Part shown: positions 62,716-64,000 of the stretch, piece after piece
Numbering within the stretch: position 1 is the stretch's first letter
Layout: the number at the start of each line of letters is the position of its first letter
From: a virus
Virus record (IMG/VR): IMGVR_UViG_3300028831_000585
Coordinates: 1-64,000 of that record
DNA: 64,000 nucleotides
Strand: one strand, 5' to 3'
Notes under the pieces: generated by a model
Databases searched by the model: none
Seen by the model: only the letters and a program-made list of their open reading frames with translations
Told to the model about the DNA's origin: nothing
Position numbers and translations under genes: made by a program

Positions 62716-64000
62716 ATGGCCACCGTCGCCACCACCACGCAGACCACCGCGGTCGCGGCGCCGCACACCCCGGCGATCGCCCGGGATATGGGCACCAGCG
62801 GCAACGCCGGGTACCTCTACACCGTCGTCCGGACGGCGACCGACACGCTCACCTGCTACCGGTCGACCGACGACGGTGCGAGCTGGGCGGCGTTCGGGGC
62901 GTTCACCCACACCGGCCTCCAGGAGTGGGGCTCGCTGGTCGTCGACTCCTTCGGGTACGGCCACCTCATGTACCGGGTGGGCACGTCGGGCGGCGGCGGC
63001 ACCGACCAGATCTGGTACCGCCGGATCCGGATGGACACCGGTTCCTGGTTCTCCGGCTTCGCCGCCTCGGCCGCGGACAGCAACGGCGGGACGATCGCCT
63101 CGCGCTGGCAGGGCATCGACTGTGCGGTCTACAAGCTGACCAACAACGACCGCTACGTGGCCTGGGTGGGCGGCTACTCCAACGGGGCCGGCCAGCAGGG
63201 TGCCGTGCTCGGCGTGGTCAAGGTGACCGCCGGGGGCGTGGCGTCGCAGGCGCACAACACGCTGATCTCCGGCAACCGGTTCTGGCTGGCCCTCACCTCC
63301 GGCCGGCAGGGTCCGTCCATCGAGATCGAGCACGCGGGCAACGGCCAGACGCTGGGCAGCAACACGCCCAACCTCTGGATCACGTTCGGCCGCTCCAAAC
63401 TGCTGATGGTGAAGTGCGCCTGGAACGGCAACGGCTGGAACGGCGTCACCTCGGCCTCGGCCATCCGGTCGTCGATGGGCAGCCACGACAACATCCCCGG
63501 CCGGTGGGACGGCACCCGCTGGATGATGGCGATCATCAATCCGGACGACACCACCACGGTGCTGATCTACCAGCGCAACCAGGCCAACACGGCGACCAGC
63601 ACGCTGACCACGCCCACCCACACCACCGGCGTGATCCGGTACATGGCCATGTCGTACGACAACAACACGAAAGACCTGCGGATCTACGCGGTCGGCACCA
63701 GTACCAACGTGCTCTACTTCACCACCTACTCGCGCGCGGGCGGCACCTGGTCGGCCTGGGCCACCGTCACCGCGACCGCCGTGCTCACCTCCGGCAGCCA
63801 GTGGTCGGTGCGCCGCGGCGGGACGGCGGGCAACGGCAAGTACGACGTGATCACCGCACACTCCGGCTCGCCCAACACCGTGGTGCACACCGCGCAGACG
63901 ATCAACACCGCGCCGTCCGTCTCGTCGTTCATCACCAGCGGCAAGCCGTACGTCAACGGCGGGCCGGCCGACGTCGGCACCGGGCTGTCCCTGTCGTGGA
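62716..64000 (+). CDS. Tail fibre / receptor-binding protein with BNR (Asp-box) beta-propeller-like repeats; 3'-truncated by the window
   Basis: Hand translation is open to the window end with G/C-ending codons. It is not in the track because no stop lies in the window. STDDGASW and SRAGGTWSAW Asp-box-like motifs. Confidence 0.7.
   Translation, partial: MATVATTTQTTAVAAPHTPAIARDMGTSGNAGYLYTVVRTATDTLTCYRSTDDGASWAAFGAFTHTGLQEWGSLVVDSFGYGHLMYRVGTSGGGGTDQIWYRRIRMDTGSWFSGFAASAADSNGGTIASRWQGIDCAVYKLTNNDRYVAWVGGYSNGAGQQGAVLGVVKVTAGGVASQAHNTLISGNRFWLALTSGRQGPSIEIEHAGNGQTLGSNTPNLWITFGRSKLLMVKCAWNGNGWNGVTSASAIRSSMGSHDNIPGRWDGTRWMMAIINPDDTTTVLIYQRNQANTATSTLTTPTHTTGVIRYMAMSYDNNTKDLRIYAVGTSTNVLYFTTYSRAGGTWSAWATVTATAVLTSGSQWSVRRGGTAGNGKYDVITAHSGSPNTVVHTAQTINTAPSVSSFITSGKPYVNGGPADVGTGLSLSW

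Larger units (their letters stand above)
700..64000. mobile_element. Temperate siphovirus-like element with an embedded TraB/clt conjugation-type module; both ends lie outside or at the edge of the window
   Basis: Complete packaging/head/tail gene order, recombination/replication genes, FtsK/TraB-like gene plus repeat array, and a shared promoter/operator motif across arms (i)-(iii); no integrase or att site seen. Confidence 0.8.

Noticed and set aside
1-64000. Search for CRISPR arrays, rRNA, canonical tRNAs, reverse transcriptase (retron/DGR), integrase or transposase genes.
   Set aside because: I saw no regularly spaced direct repeats, no rRNA-like conserved blocks, no RT (YxDD) motifs, and no tyrosine or serine recombinase motifs in any plausible ORF. 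This was done by eye only and should be confirmed computationally.

Overview
High-GC (about 70%) actinobacterial DNA. Nearly the whole window is one mobile element, and neither end of it is visible.

Layout:
- (i) Leftward arm, about 700-15281. It carries Streptomyces-type dsDNA conjugation functions: a membrane FtsK/TraB-like translocase followed by a clt-like array of 8-mer repeats, two DUF2637/Spd-like membrane proteins, an Xis-like HTH protein and a membrane-anchored GIY-YIG protein. It also has many small ORFs.
- (ii) A gap of about 830 bp (14146-14972) with no convincing coding frame. It holds three tRNA-like RNAs whose anticodon loops are replaced by long structured inserts or are missing.
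- (iii) Rightward early/replication arm, 15436-43242. Recognisable products are a YqaJ-type exonuclease, ERF annealase, DnaQ-like exonuclease, C5 cytosine methyltransferase, beta sliding clamp, J-domain protein, DUF3987-like P-loop protein, SSB, a MazG-like protein and a PIG-L deacetylase. About 40 small ORFs are translationally coupled through ATGA/GTGA overlaps.
- (iv) Siphovirus packaging and structural arm, 43341 to beyond 64000: HNH, TerS, TerL, portal, protease/MuF fusion, decoration protein, HK97-type capsid, connectors, major tail, G/GT chaperone, tape measure and minor tail proteins.

One regulatory architecture recurs across arms (i)-(iii): a GCAAC-N3-GTTGC palindrome about 26 bp upstream of a GGGGG-TACNNT -10 element, often giving leaderless mRNAs. 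This argues that (i)-(iii) are a single element.

I recognised no integrase, att site, rRNA, CRISPR array or canonical tRNA.

The many long ORFs antisense to, or out of frame with, the calls below are Arg/Pro/Gly/Ala-rich high-GC artefacts. Coordinates of short motifs were counted by hand and may be off by 1-2 nt.
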